Below, piece by piece: positions 10,237-20,140 of a stretch of 64,000 bases of DNA (position 1 is its first letter; each line of letters begins with the position of its first letter). The notes under the pieces are model-generated. The model saw only the letters and a list, made by a program, of their open reading frames with translations. It was not told where the DNA came from and made no database searches. The position numbers were made by a program, and so were the translations under genes. Location: assembly GCA_963803435.1 (NCBI GenBank), contig CAWDML010000009.1:704001-768000 (forward strand). The letters run 5' to 3'. This DNA comes from an uncultured delta proteobacterium. GTDB lineage: Bacteria > Myxococcota > Kuafuiibacteriia > Kuafuiibacteriales > Kuafuiibacteriaceae.

Positions 10237-13200
10237 TTACACAGCCTTGAGCTTTCTGTCCTGATCGGAAATCACGTCCACCGGCACGATCTTGGAGATA
10301 CCGGGCTCCTCCATCGTCACGCCGTAGAGGCGATCCGGCAGCTCCATGGTCCGCTTGTTGTGCGTGATCAGGATGAACTGCGACACCGCCGACATGTCCC
10401 GCACCATCTCGTTGTAGCGGCCCACGTTCGCCTCGTCGAGCGGGGCGTCGACCTCGTCCAGGAGGCAGAAGGGTGTGGGCTTGATCAGGAAGATGCTGAA
10501 GATCAGCGCGACCGCCGTCAGCGCCTTCTCGCCACCGGAGAGGAGGTTCACACTCTGCAGCTTCTTGCCGGGCGGCTGGGACAGCATCTCGATGCCCGAC
10601 TCGAGCGGATCGCTCTCGTCCACCATCACCAGCGAGGCCCGGCCGCCGTTGAAGAGCTTCGGGAACACCTCCTGAAACTTCTCGTTCACCAGGCGGAACG
10701 CCTCGACGTAGCGCTCTTTGCTCGTCTTGTTGATCCGCTTGATCGCGTTCTTCAACGAGGTGATCGCGTCCTCGAGATCCTTCTTCTGGTTGGCCAGGAA
10801 CTCGTAGCGTTGTTTGACCTCTTCGTACTCTTCGATCGCGGTGAGGTTGATCGGGCCGATGCCGTCGATCTGCTTGCGCAGCTTCTCGGCGCGCTTCCTG
10901 TGCTCGTCGCTCTGAACCTCGATCAGGTGATACTCGCCGACGATCTCGGCCAGGGTCAGCCGGTAGCGCTCGTCGATCTGCTCGGCCAGCGACTCCCGCG
11001 CCAGCTCGTGCTCGCGGACGCGCATCGCCGCCGCCCCCAGGTCCTCCTTGAACGCGTCGATCTGCTTCCGCTTGCCCTTCAGGTCGGCGTCTTCGGCCTT
11101 GATGCGGGCGTCGTCCTTCTCGAGCTCACGGCGGGCCTCGCCGACCGCCAGCCGCTCCTGATCGAGGACCGCCTCCAGGTGCGCGCCCTGCTGCTCGGCG
11201 TTCGTGACCCGATCCCCGATCCGCATCAGCTCTTCTGCGGACAGCCCGATGATCTCCTGAAGCCGCTCGAGCCGCGCCGCCACCTCCACTCGCCGCTTCT
11301 CGATCCGCTCGAGGGCGCGCCGGCTGCTCACCTGCTTCTCGCGGTTCGCGGCCACCGTCACCTTCAGCTCGGTCAGCTGATCCTGGAGGGTCTCGACCTC
11401 CTGGCGGAGCCGCGTGGCCTCCTCGGATCGTTCGCCGACGCGGGACTCGGAGGCGATCTTTTGCGCCTCGAGGTCGGCGATCTGCGCGCGGGAGGACTCG
11501 GCCTCGGCGCCCAGATCGGCCCGCATCTTCCGCATCATCTCGACCTCTTCGCCCAGCGAGCGCTTCTCGTCCTCCTCGCGCTGCACGTCGGCGGTGAGCC
11601 GCTCGAGCTTCTGCTCCAGGTTCACGATCGAGATCTCGCCCTGGTGACGCTCCTGGGCCAGCCGCTCCATCGTGCGCTCCAGGTCGTGGATGCGCTGCTT
11701 CAGGGCGGCGAATCGCTCCTCGGCGATCGTGGCCTTCGCCTCCAGCATGCGAACGTGATCCGACAGCTCGTTGATCTCCCGCTTCTGCGCCAGCATGCCC
11801 GCAGATACGCCTTCGCCCGAGCCTCCGGTCAGCACGCCCACCGGATCGAGCACATCGCCCGAGAGCGTCACCAGCGTCTTGCGGTGGCCGTTCTCGCGCC
11901 ACATTCGGCGCGCGTGGGCGAGCTCCTCCACCACCACCACGTCGCCCAGGAGGACGCGGGCCACGTGCTCGTAGCCCGGCTGCGCCTTCACCAGATCCAC
12001 CATCTTCCCGCACACGCCGGGCGAGCCCAGATCCGGCCAGACCTCGTCCTCCTGGTAGATGACGGTGTCCTCCTCCGCGATCGGCAGGCCCGTCGCGTGG
12101 GCCGGCACCGAGGACGGCAGCGCCTCCGGGAGCTCGGTCGCGTCGCCCTTGGCCGGCGGCCGCGACGACACCAGCTTGCGCGGCGCCCACGACGCGTGAT
12201 CCTCCCGGAGGTCCAGCGGGATGAAGCTCGAGCGTCCCTGCTGGCTCTCCTTGAGGTAGTCGATGGTCGACACGCCGTCGGCCTGGCTGTTCACGATGAC
12301 GTACTGGAGCCGATCCCCGAGCACCGCCTCCACCGCCGCCTCGAAGCGAGGCTCGGCGCTCACCACGTCGGCGACCAGGCCGTGGAGCGTCCGCGCCAGA
12401 TCCGGATCCTTCTCCTTGCGCCGCATGATGGTCCGGACCGCGGCCGTGCAGCCCTCGTAGTTCTTCTGGATCTCCAGCAGACTGTTCAACCGGGAGCGCC
12501 GGTCCAAGAGCGCCTCGCGGGTCTCGAGGAGCTGGCCCTCGGTCTCGGTCAGCTCGACCCGCATCTGTCCCAGCGCGTGCTCCTGCTCGGTCCGCTTCTC
12601 CTCCAGCGCCAGCTTGAGCTGGCGGTTGTCCTTGAGCGTGGCCTCGATCTCCTGCGCCTGCTTGTGGGCCTCGCGCTCCCGGCCGGCGGCCTCCTTCTTC
12701 ACCCGGACCTTCTGGTCAATCCGCATCGCCAGATCGCCGTCCTGCCGCTCGAGGTTGGCCAGGTTGTTCTTCTGCTCGGCGATCGCGGTGAGGGCGTCGA
12801 CCATCGACTGCTTCTCGTGCTCCAGCTCGGCCTCCACCGCCGCGATCCGCGAGGTGAGCTCCGACTGCTGCTGCTGCGTCCACTCCAGCGCGTCCTGCTC
12901 CTGGCCGCCGGACGCGTCGAGCGTGGCGTCGATCGACTCGGCCTCCGCCCGCTCGGCGCGCAGCGTCTCGGCCTCCGCCTCCAGGGCCGCGCGCTCGGCC
13001 TCGGCCTCGGCCCGGCGCTCCTCGAGCTTCTCCTTCTCGCGCTCCAGGAACTCGACGTTGTTCAGCGCCAGCGCGTGCGCCTGCTGGTGCTCGTGGATCT
13101 GGGCCTCGCGCAAGCGGAGCTCCTGATCCCGACCCGACAGCCACTCGTGCGCCGACAGCAGCGCCGCCTCGTCGTGCTCGAGGGCCTGCTCGCGCGCGTC

Positions 13201-13974
13201 GATCTCGAGCCGCAGCGACTCGGCCCGCCCGGCCTCGAAGCGCTCCAGCGTGCACAGCTCGAGGTGACGGTGGGCCGCGCCGTGCAGATCGAGCGTCCGC
13301 AGCTCGTCCTTGATCGCCTTGTACTTCTCCGCCTTCTCCGCCTGCTTCTCCAGGCTCTTCAGGCGCTGCTCCAGCTCGTCGGTGATGTCGGTGACCCGCA
13401 GGAGGTTCTGCTCGGTGGCCTCGATCCGACGCTCGGCCTGCTTGCGGCGCGCCTTGTAGCGGCTGACGCCGGCGGCGTCCTCGATGAACGCCCGCCGATC
13501 CTCGGGCTTGGCCGTCACGATCATGCCGATCCGGCCCTGCTCGATGATCGAGTAGGCGTTCTTGCCAATGCCGGTCCCCATGAAGAGATCGAGGACGTCG
13601 CGCAGCCGGCAGGCGATCTTGTTGATGGCGTACTCGGAGGTCCCGTCCCGGAAGAGCCGGCGGGTCACGCTGATCTCCTCGCACCGCTGGTACTCGGGCG
13701 GGACCAGGTTGCCGTCGTTCTTGAACGAGATCGTGACCTCGGAGAACCCGCTCGGGCCCCGGGACTCGCAGCCGGAGAAGATGACGTCCTGCATCCCCGA
13801 TCCGCGGAGGTGCTTGGCGCTCTGCTCGCCCATCACCCAGCGGATCGCGTCGACGATGTTGGACTTCCCGCAGCCGTTCGGGCCCACCACCCCCGTGATC
13901 CCTTCGCCGAACCGGAGGACGGTCCGATCCGCGAAGCTCTTGAACCCCTGAATCTCCAGGCGGCGAATCTTCAT
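10237..13974 (-). CDS. smc: Chromosome segregation protein SMC
   Basis: GFKSF, GPNGCGKSN, coiled coils, hinge, LLSGGEK, LDEVDAPLD, ITHN; ATG at 13974. Confidence 0.97.
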   Translation of the reverse strand: MKIRRLEIQGFKSFADRTVLRFGEGITGVVGPNGCGKSNIVDAIRWVMGEQSAKHLRGSGMQDVIFSGCESRGPSGFSEVTISFKNDGNLVPPEYQRCEEISVTRRLFRDGTSEYAINKIACRLRDVLDLFMGTGIGKNAYSIIEQGRIGMIVTAKPEDRRAFIEDAAGVSRYKARRKQAERRIEATEQNLLRVTDITDELEQRLKSLEKQAEKAEKYKAIKDELRTLDLHGAAHRHLELCTLERFEAGRAESLRLEIDAREQALEHDEAALLSAHEWLSGRDQELRLREAQIHEHQQAHALALNNVEFLEREKEKLEERRAEAEAERAALEAEAETLRAERAEAESIDATLDASGGQEQDALEWTQQQQSELTSRIAAVEAELEHEKQSMVDALTAIAEQKNNLANLERQDGDLAMRIDQKVRVKKEAAGREREAHKQAQEIEATLKDNRQLKLALEEKRTEQEHALGQMRVELTETEGQLLETREALLDRRSRLNSLLEIQKNYEGCTAAVRTIMRRKEKDPDLARTLHGLVADVVSAEPRFEAAVEAVLGDRLQYVIVNSQADGVSTIDYLKESQQGRSSFIPLDLREDHASWAPRKLVSSRPPAKGDATELPEALPSSVPAHATGLPIAEEDTVIYQEDEVWPDLGSPGVCGKMVDLVKAQPGYEHVARVLLGDVVVVEELAHARRMWRENGHRKTLVTLSGDVLDPVGVLTGGSGEGVSAGMLAQKREINELSDHVRMLEAKATIAEERFAALKQRIHDLERTMERLAQERHQGEISIVNLEQKLERLTADVQREEDEKRSLGEEVEMMRKMRADLGAEAESSRAQIADLEAQKIASESRVGERSEEATRLRQEVETLQDQLTELKVTVAANREKQVSSRRALERIEKRRVEVAARLERLQEIIGLSAEELMRIGDRVTNAEQQGAHLEAVLDQERLAVGEARRELEKDDARIKAEDADLKGKRKQIDAFKEDLGAAAMRVREHELARESLAEQIDERYRLTLAEIVGEYHLIEVQSDEHRKRAEKLRKQIDGIGPINLTAIEEYEEVKQRYEFLANQKKDLEDAITSLKNAIKRINKTSKERYVEAFRLVNEKFQEVFPKLFNGGRASLVMVDESDPLESGIEMLSQPPGKKLQSVNLLSGGEKALTAVALIFSIFLIKPTPFCLLDEVDAPLDEANVGRYNEMVRDMSAVSQFILITHNKRTMELPDRLYGVTMEEPGISKIVPVDVISDQDRKLKAV

Positions 13975-14015
13975 CGACGCTCGTTCTCTACCGGTGATGA
14001 ACTTCCAGTGCAACC

Positions 14016-14057
14016 CTCAATGTTGGGGGTCTCATCCTCGAGCACCGCAACATCTTG
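14016..14057. promoter_or_regulatory. Candidate tandem NrdR boxes upstream of smc
   Basis: CTCAATGTTG (14016) and CAACATCTTG (14048), 32 bp apart, resembling the CwAnATnTwG core. Confidence 0.5.
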
Positions 14058-14066
14058 GGTCCCGTG

Positions 14067-14447
14067 TCATCCCACCTGGGCGCGCGGGGTCAGCGGGAGC
14101 GGGAGCCCGAGCGCCCCGAGCGCCGCCTCGATCCGGGTCGCCAGCACCTCCACGTCCGGGTGCGACACCGGCACGTGGCCCAAGAGCACCAGCGCGGCCT
14201 GGAGGGTCTCGCCGTTCACCTGGCTATCGAAGTCGAGGAGCCCCGTCTTGCCCATGTAGGCGGCGACGCCGCCCTCGTGGCAGAGGCCGGTCATCAGATC
14301 GTCGCTCTTCAGGACCACCGTGCGGCCGAAGAAGGTCAGCTCCTGCTGCTCGACCGCGCCGTCCTCGCCGTGCAGCGTGAAGAGATCGCTGGGCCCGGGC
14401 CCTTGGATCCAGGTCACCCGGGGCTTCGAGGTCCGGATCGGACGCAT
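14067..14447 (-). CDS. Hypothetical protein
   Basis: ORF with host-like codon usage; GGAG upstream of ATG at 14447. Confidence 0.7.
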   Translation of the reverse strand: MRPIRTSKPRVTWIQGPGPSDLFTLHGEDGAVEQQELTFFGRTVVLKSDDLMTGLCHEGGVAAYMGKTGLLDFDSQVNGETLQAALVLLGHVPVSHPDVEVLATRIEAALGALGLPLPLTPRAQVG

Positions 14448-14527
14448 CTTCTCGCCGGCCTTGGCGAGCTTGGTCTCACGCGGGAGCGGCGGACGATAGA
14501 GGCCGGTGGTCCCCAACGTCGCCCATT

Positions 14528-15361
14528 CTATCCCATCAGCGCGACGAACTCCGGATCATCCCGGAGGCTGTCGAACATCCGATCGCTCTCGTACCAGGAT
14601 CGGGCCCGCTCGGGGTCGAGCCCCAGCGCGTCCGACAGACGCTTTTGCGCGTCCTTTGGCCGGCCCCACGCGGCGTACAGCGCGGCCAGGTGATAGGGCG
14701 CCAGCACTTCGCTCGGATCCACGTCCACGGCCGCCGCGAACGATCGCTCCGCCTCGGCGTAGAAGCCTTGGGCCGAGTACGCGATGCCGAGATCGATCAG
14801 CGCGTCGATGTTGTCGGCCTCGACCTTCACCACATCCTTCAGGTGGCGGATCGCCTCCGCGAACTCGCCGACGTCGATCAGCGAGGCGGCCAGCTCTTGC
14901 TTCGCGCCCAGGTCGTCGGGATCGAGATCGCAAGCGATGCGGAACTCGGCGATCGCCTTCTCGTGATCGCCAGCGTCGACGTAGCAGAGCCCGAGGTTCA
15001 CGTGCGCGTCCGGATAGTCGTACTCGAGCCGGATCGCGCTCAGGTACTCCTCGATCGCCATCTGGTGTGCCTGGGAGGAGAGGAAGCAGGCGATGTTGTA
15101 ATGGGCGGTCGGGCTCTCCGGCTCGAGACGGATCGCCTCCAGGTACTCGCGAAGCGCGTCGAGGAACTGGCCTTGCTCGCTGTAGACCGTCGCCAGGTTG
15201 TCGTGGGCGTGTGCCGACTCCGGGTCCAGCTCGATCGCCTTCTTGAAGGCGCGGACCGCTTCGTCGAACCACTTCCTGTCTGCGGCCTCGATGCCGCGCG
15301 CGTTGTACTGATCGCTCTCCAGTTGCCGGCGAACACGATCCCCGTCATCGCTGGAAGACAT
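14528..15361 (-). CDS. Tetratricopeptide repeat protein
   Basis: Repeated AHxNLA/AHVNLG..A...F..A..LDP TPR units. Confidence 0.9.
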   Translation of the reverse strand: MSSSDDGDRVRRQLESDQYNARGIEAADRKWFDEAVRAFKKAIELDPESAHAHDNLATVYSEQGQFLDALREYLEAIRLEPESPTAHYNIACFLSSQAHQMAIEEYLSAIRLEYDYPDAHVNLGLCYVDAGDHEKAIAEFRIACDLDPDDLGAKQELAASLIDVGEFAEAIRHLKDVVKVEADNIDALIDLGIAYSAQGFYAEAERSFAAAVDVDPSEVLAPYHLAALYAAWGRPKDAQKRLSDALGLDPERARSWYESDRMFDSLRDDPEFVALMG

Positions 15362-15450
15362 GGAGGTTCAGCCGATTACCCACAGGGGTGGGGGAGGTCA
15401 ACGCCTTCTCCGTTGTCCACAGCGACACGGTCTGCATACGCTCGCCCCCG

Positions 15451-16176
15451 ATGAGGACTCTGGCGCTGCTTGGGCTCTTCCTGCTGGGGATCGGATGCGG
15501 CCGGCGAGAGAAGCCGCCGGAGCAGATTCCGACGAAGGAGCAGGTCCGTGACTTCTATGCGCTCAACGCCAACAGCTGCTGGCTGTACCGGTACAACCAG
15601 AACCTGCGCCTCTCGATCACGGTCTCCGAGCCCAACAACCGTGTGATCGCCGATCGGACGGTCTACATCCTCAAGTTCAACCGCCTCACCGGGGGTGGGC
15701 TGCCGGACGAGTGGTACCTGGACGCGGAGACCAGCCCGGACATCCTGCTCTTGCGCACCGTCACGGGCGCCGCCGAGCCCCGGGAGACGGCGAAGTACGA
15801 CGAGATGCCGCCGCTGTTCGCGGAGTTCATCCTCGACACCATGAACGAGGCCGGCCTCACCGTCGGCGAGCGGTTCGAGACCGAGACCACGCCGCTCGAC
15901 AAGGACGACAACCCGCTCCCGATCGAGCAGCACCGCTGGACGGTGCAGCGCGACGACGAGATGGTGACCACCTCGAGCGGAGCTGCGACCGCCGTGACCC
16001 TCGAGTACCGAAAGAACGGTACGCCCTCGACCTGGTGGCTGGTCCCCGGTTACGGGTTTGCGAAGTTCCAGCAGTTCGACGGCACCACGTATCAAGTCTG
16101 CGACGCGCGCGTCTGCGACAGCAGCGGCGCCTGTACCGGCGCGGCCGACTGCCTGTCGCTCGAATGCCCGCGCTGA
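15451..16176 (+). CDS. Lipoprotein of unknown function with Cys-rich C-terminus
   Basis: MRTLALLGLFLLGIGC lipobox; C-terminal VCDARVCDSSGACTGAADCLSLEC. Confidence 0.75.
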   Translation: MRTLALLGLFLLGIGCGRREKPPEQIPTKEQVRDFYALNANSCWLYRYNQNLRLSITVSEPNNRVIADRTVYILKFNRLTGGGLPDEWYLDAETSPDILLLRTVTGAAEPRETAKYDEMPPLFAEFILDTMNEAGLTVGERFETETTPLDKDDNPLPIEQHRWTVQRDDEMVTTSSGAATAVTLEYRKNGTPSTWWLVPGYGFAKFQQFDGTTYQVCDARVCDSSGACTGAADCLSLECPR

Positions 16177-16186
16177 AGGGAACGCC

Positions 16187-17008
16187 ATGAAAGCCATCAG
16201 AGCCTCGATCGTCATCGCCACGCTCGCGGGGGCATGCGCCTCCCAGAAGGCCGCCTCTGGACCCCAGGACGTGGCGGTCCGCGTGAATCAGCTGTTCCCG
16301 AAGAACAAGAGCCTCGACGCCTCGTCGATCGCGGTGAAGCTGGAACTGTTCAACCCGCGGGGCAAGGGCGTCACGATCGACAAGATCGACTACGTGATCG
16401 ACACGGGCGACGTCAGCGGCAAGGTCAACGGCTCGAGCGCCGGCGGTGCGACGCTGGAGTCGCAGCAGACGGCCGAGGTCGAGTTCGAGCAGGCCATCCC
16501 GCTGCCCAAGGATCGGGGCGAGTACCAGCGCGTGCTGGAGAAGGGCGTGATCCCGGTGAGCGTGATGGGGACCGTCCACTTCGACGATGGATCGAGCAGC
16601 GACTTCGAACGCAACGGATCGGTGTCGACGCCCACGCTCCCGAAGTTCATCGTCTACGACGCACAGGCGGCGCGCTACGGCGACGAGGGGCTCGACGTCA
16701 CGTTCTTCCTGCGGTTGATCAACGAGAACGTCTTCTCGGTGACGATCGAGCAGGTCGAGTACACGGTCGCGATCAACGGCAAGGATCTGAAGACGGAGAG
16801 CGGCGCGATCGGATCGCGGCTCCCGTCGGGCGCCGGACAAGAGTTCGAAGTGGGCGTGATCCTCGACCCCAAGTCGTTCGGCGACGTGAAGTCGATCCTC
16901 GACAGAGGAAAGTTCGACTACACCGTGACCGCGAAGGTCCAGGTCGCCGGCCTCGAGCTGCCGTTCGAATATTCGAAAGAGATCGAGCTCGGAAGCGGGG
17001 AAGAATGA
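16187..17008 (+). CDS. Lipoprotein with tandem LEA_2/WHy-like domains
   Basis: LAGAC lipobox; two repeats of LxLxNP/NEN..VTI..I/VxY.I/V. Confidence 0.75.
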   Translation: MKAIRASIVIATLAGACASQKAASGPQDVAVRVNQLFPKNKSLDASSIAVKLELFNPRGKGVTIDKIDYVIDTGDVSGKVNGSSAGGATLESQQTAEVEFEQAIPLPKDRGEYQRVLEKGVIPVSVMGTVHFDDGSSSDFERNGSVSTPTLPKFIVYDAQAARYGDEGLDVTFFLRLINENVFSVTIEQVEYTVAINGKDLKTESGAIGSRLPSGAGQEFEVGVILDPKSFGDVKSILDRGKFDYTVTAKVQVAGLELPFEYSKEIELGSGEE

Positions 17009-17014
17009 GGAGGA

Positions 17015-17203
17015 TTACTTGCCTTCGTCCCGGCTCTCGATGACATCGTTGGCCGAAGGGATCTTGCGAAGGTCGTCGCGGGCCACGCGCCACGCTTGCT
17101 GAACGATCCAGGAGAGAGATCGGTCTTGCCGACGAGCCTCCCGCTGCATCTCCTCGAGCATGTCTTGTGGGAAGTAGAGGGATTGCTTGACGCCACCGCT
17201 CAT
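17015..17203 (-). CDS. TIGR04563-like (MXAN_4361/4362-type) small protein, copy 2
   Basis: KQSLYFPQDMLEEMQREARRQDRSLSWIVQQAW; GGAG RBS. Confidence 0.85.
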   Translation of the reverse strand: MSGGVKQSLYFPQDMLEEMQREARRQDRSLSWIVQQAWRVARDDLRKIPSANDVIESRDEGK

Positions 17204-17283
17204 GGTTGCTCCACGGTATAGCCTCGACCCCGGAACCACCTCAACGCTTACAGCGTCGAGGGTGGTGATCCGGTGTGCGAGCG

Positions 17284-17475
17284 CTACTCCTCGCGACCCG
17301 ATTCGAGGACGTCGTTCACCGAGGGGAATCGCATGATCTCAGTGCGTGCAATCCGCCAGGCCTGCTGAACGATCCATGACAGCGAACGGTCCTGACGGTT
17401 CGCTTCATCCTGGATCTCTTTCAGCATCTCCTCGGGGAAGTAGAGGGATTGCTTTCGCTTGTCCGTATTCGCCAT
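17284..17475 (-). CDS. TIGR04563-like small protein, copy 1
   Basis: RKQSLYFPEEMLKEIQDEANRQDRSLSWIVQQAW; GAGGAG RBS. Confidence 0.88.
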   Translation of the reverse strand: MANTDKRKQSLYFPEEMLKEIQDEANRQDRSLSWIVQQAWRIARTEIMRFPSVNDVLESGREE

Positions 17476-17697
17476 TCGCTCCTCACCCAGTCATCGAGTC
17501 GACCACGATGTCGACGCTCAAAGTTGCCGACGATCCCGACGATTCCGTCAGGCGTGCGCATCATGTGGCCATCTGGAGATGCTGTCAAGAAGCGGGGGTG
17601 CTGGTAGCGTGTTGGATCTCGTGAGTGGTTCTGTAGGACGCGGCTTATCGTGAATTCTCGATCGGAACCCGTGTTTCGAGCAGTACCAAGGAGAGCC

Positions 17698-19281
17698 ATG
17701 TTTTCGCGCGCGGCGCTCCGTTTTCTCCTCCTCTGCCCCGTCGTCCTTCATTGTGCGTGCAGCAACGACGAGCTCACGAAGCTCAATCCCAAGATCCAAG
17801 TGGACCCTGAGGCGATCGACTTCGGGGAGGGGATCGTCGCGCGCGACAACGTGGTCTCGCTGGCGATCCGCAATCGCGGGAGCGGCGTGCTCCAGATCGA
17901 CGCGATCGACGTCGGCGGATCGGCGTTCTCGATCGGCGACATCCCGCGCACGATCCAGCCCTCCGCCGAGAAGCCGCTCGAGGTCGTCTTCGTGCCGGTG
18001 CGCGCGCACGAGACCTACAGCGGCGAGCTGGTGATCCACTCGAACGATCCGAGCACCCCCCAGCTGCACGTTCCATTGAGTGGAATCGGCGGGGTGCGTG
18101 AGATCGAAGTGAATCCGCCGGCGATCGACTTCGGCGTGGTCAACGAGGGGACCGCGCCCCGCCGCACGCTCGAGATCCGAAACATCGGCGGCGATCCGCT
18201 CGAGATCGCGTCGGTCGTGTTCACGTCCACCTCGGTGGACATGGGCCTGGTGCCTGGGACGTTCACCGGCGGGACGATCCTCCCGCTGACCTCAACGGTG
18301 GTCGAGATCGTGTATTCGCCTGTCGATCTCGGCTCCGACCACGGTGCGGTCACCATCACCTCGAACGACGAGGACGAGCCCAAGGTCGACGTGCCGGTGT
18401 CCGGGCGCGCCAACCTCGCCCCGCGCGCGATCGCGTGGGGCTGCGACAAGATCCCGGCACAGGTGGGCTGCGACGGACAGATGAAGGTGCGATCGCTCTC
18501 CGCCGGCTTCCGCCGGTTGGTCGGCCTCGACGGGCGAGACAGCTACGATCCCGAGGGGCGGCGAGTCACGGGCTACAGCTGGAAGATCATCGAGCGCCCC
18601 GCCGGAAGCAACGCCGCGATCTTCCACTCGGGCGACGACATCACGCTCCGCGGCCGCGCCACCGGAGACATCGAGGTCGATCGGGTGGGTCGCTTCGACC
18701 TGCGCCTGGTGGTGAAGGACGAGCGCGGCGTGGAGAGCCTCGATCGGCCCGAGTCGCACGTGATGATCCTGCCGAAAGATCTGGAGGTGCTGCTCCGCTG
18801 GGACATCAACACCGACGTCGATCTGCACCTGGTGCGGCCGGGCGGGGTCCCCGGTGACTACGGGACCGGCCGGGTCGGCACCAGCACCGGGAGCGACTGC
18901 TCGACCTTCAACCGGGAGCCCAACTGGAGCGATCCCGGCACGGCGCAGGACGATCCCAGCCTCGACAAGGACGACGTGAGCGGTAGCGGACCCGAGATCA
19001 TCAGCGTCGACTTCCCCGAGTCGAGCGGCCCGTACCAGGTCTACGCCCACTACTGTGACAGCCAGAATCTCAGCGTCGACGCCAACGTCACGATCGAGGT
19101 GCGCGTGCGCGGGACGCTGGTGGCCGTGGTGCCCGAGCACTCGGGCGGGTTCCGGCTCAATCCGGGAGAGCTGTGGCGGGGCGCCGAGCTCACGTGGGAT
19201 CCGGTGACCGAGACGGTCCAGGTGGTCGGCAACGAGGGCGGCACGCCCGATCTCAGACCGGAGCTTTGCCTGATCCAGTGA
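17698..19281 (+). CDS. Lipoprotein with Ig-like (choice-of-anchor D/ASH) repeats, PKD-like and YfaP-like domains
   Basis: Lipobox-like CACS; two IDFG..IRN.G...L.I..SND repeats; LDGRDSYDPEG; LRWD..DVDLHL..GPEII. Confidence 0.8.
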   Translation: MFSRAALRFLLLCPVVLHCACSNDELTKLNPKIQVDPEAIDFGEGIVARDNVVSLAIRNRGSGVLQIDAIDVGGSAFSIGDIPRTIQPSAEKPLEVVFVPVRAHETYSGELVIHSNDPSTPQLHVPLSGIGGVREIEVNPPAIDFGVVNEGTAPRRTLEIRNIGGDPLEIASVVFTSTSVDMGLVPGTFTGGTILPLTSTVVEIVYSPVDLGSDHGAVTITSNDEDEPKVDVPVSGRANLAPRAIAWGCDKIPAQVGCDGQMKVRSLSAGFRRLVGLDGRDSYDPEGRRVTGYSWKIIERPAGSNAAIFHSGDDITLRGRATGDIEVDRVGRFDLRLVVKDERGVESLDRPESHVMILPKDLEVLLRWDINTDVDLHLVRPGGVPGDYGTGRVGTSTGSDCSTFNREPNWSDPGTAQDDPSLDKDDVSGSGPEIISVDFPESSGPYQVYAHYCDSQNLSVDANVTIEVRVRGTLVAVVPEHSGGFRLNPGELWRGAELTWDPVTETVQVVGNEGGTPDLRPELCLIQ

Positions 19282-19711
19282 AGCGGGCCACCACCCGGTC
19301 CAGGCTCCAGGGGCCGGCGCCCTCGAGCACCAGCCACGCGAGAAACGCCAGGAACACCAGCGGCATGACGTCGGTGGGCGTGGTGTCGGAGCCGAGCGTG
19401 AACGCTGCGATCAGGGTGGGACGGTCGGCGGTCAGGAGCGCGACGATCATCGTCGAGGAGAGGAGCAGCGCGACCACCCGTGTGCCCAGTCCGAGGATCA
19501 GGAGCACGCCCCCCACCAGCTCGAGCGTGGCGATGAAGACAGCGTTGGCGGCCGGGAAGGGGAGGCCGAGATCGGTGAAGAACCCGATGACGCCGTCGAG
19601 GTTCCTCCACTTGCCGAGGCCGCTCTCGAGGAAGGCATGACCCATCAAGAGCCGCGTCGCGAGCGGAGCGAGGGGGCGGGCGAGGGCCAGCGCGCGCCGG
19701 AAGACTTGCAT
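19253..19711 (-). CDS. DoxX family membrane protein
   Basis: RLLMG..F..SGLGK, ELVGGVLLILGLGTR, GAGPWSLD. Confidence 0.88.
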   Translation of the reverse strand: MQVFRRALALARPLAPLATRLLMGHAFLESGLGKWRNLDGVIGFFTDLGLPFPAANAVFIATLELVGGVLLILGLGTRVVALLLSSTMIVALLTADRPTLIAAFTLGSDTTPTDVMPLVFLAFLAWLVLEGAGPWSLDRVVARFTGSGKAPV

Positions 19712-19712
19712 G

Positions 19713-20063
19713 TCAGGCCGCGCGGTCCGCATGGATGCGACCGTCGGCGAGGACGAACACGGTCGGTGGACGGTCCCACTCGAGCTCGATCAGGTGGATC
19801 GGGCGCGCCACGCCCATGTCGACGATGACCAGCTCGAAGTGGACGGCGCGTCGATCGTCGGCGCAGATCCAGGTGGGTAGCGGCGCGCCCTCGAGGAGGC
19901 GGGGCATCCCGAGCGCGAGCAATCGGCGCAGCGCGGCGAAGAGCGCCACCGCGAAGGGCTCGCCGTCGGGCGAGGCGAAGACGCGGATCCGGGTGACCTG
20001 CTCCGGCTCGGGCGAGGCGGCGATGGCGCGACAGATAGAGCGGGAGAGCGTGCTCGAATCCAT
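19713..20063 (-). CDS. Hypothetical protein
   Basis: 116-aa ORF ending immediately before the doxX start. Confidence 0.5.
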   Translation of the reverse strand: MDSSTLSRSICRAIAASPEPEQVTRIRVFASPDGEPFAVALFAALRRLLALGMPRLLEGAPLPTWICADDRRAVHFELVIVDMGVARPIHLIELEWDRPPTVFVLADGRIHADRAA

Positions 20064-20140
20064 CTGCTAACGAAACGCGCGAGGGCCCCTCCAGGTTACA
20101 CTCGTTCCAGCAGATCGCCGGATTATCTCTGTTTTCAGTC

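Noticed and set aside
12030-12210. Intein in SMC
   Set aside because: Too short and lacks the N-terminal Cys/Ser and C-terminal His-Asn splice motifs.
10360-14259. 1299-aa plus-strand ORF and similar long antisense ORFs (e.g. 8028-10004, 22005-24008, 47188-48837, 50099-51910)
   Set aside because: Shadow ORFs opposite well-supported genes, as expected in high-GC DNA; no recognisable motifs.
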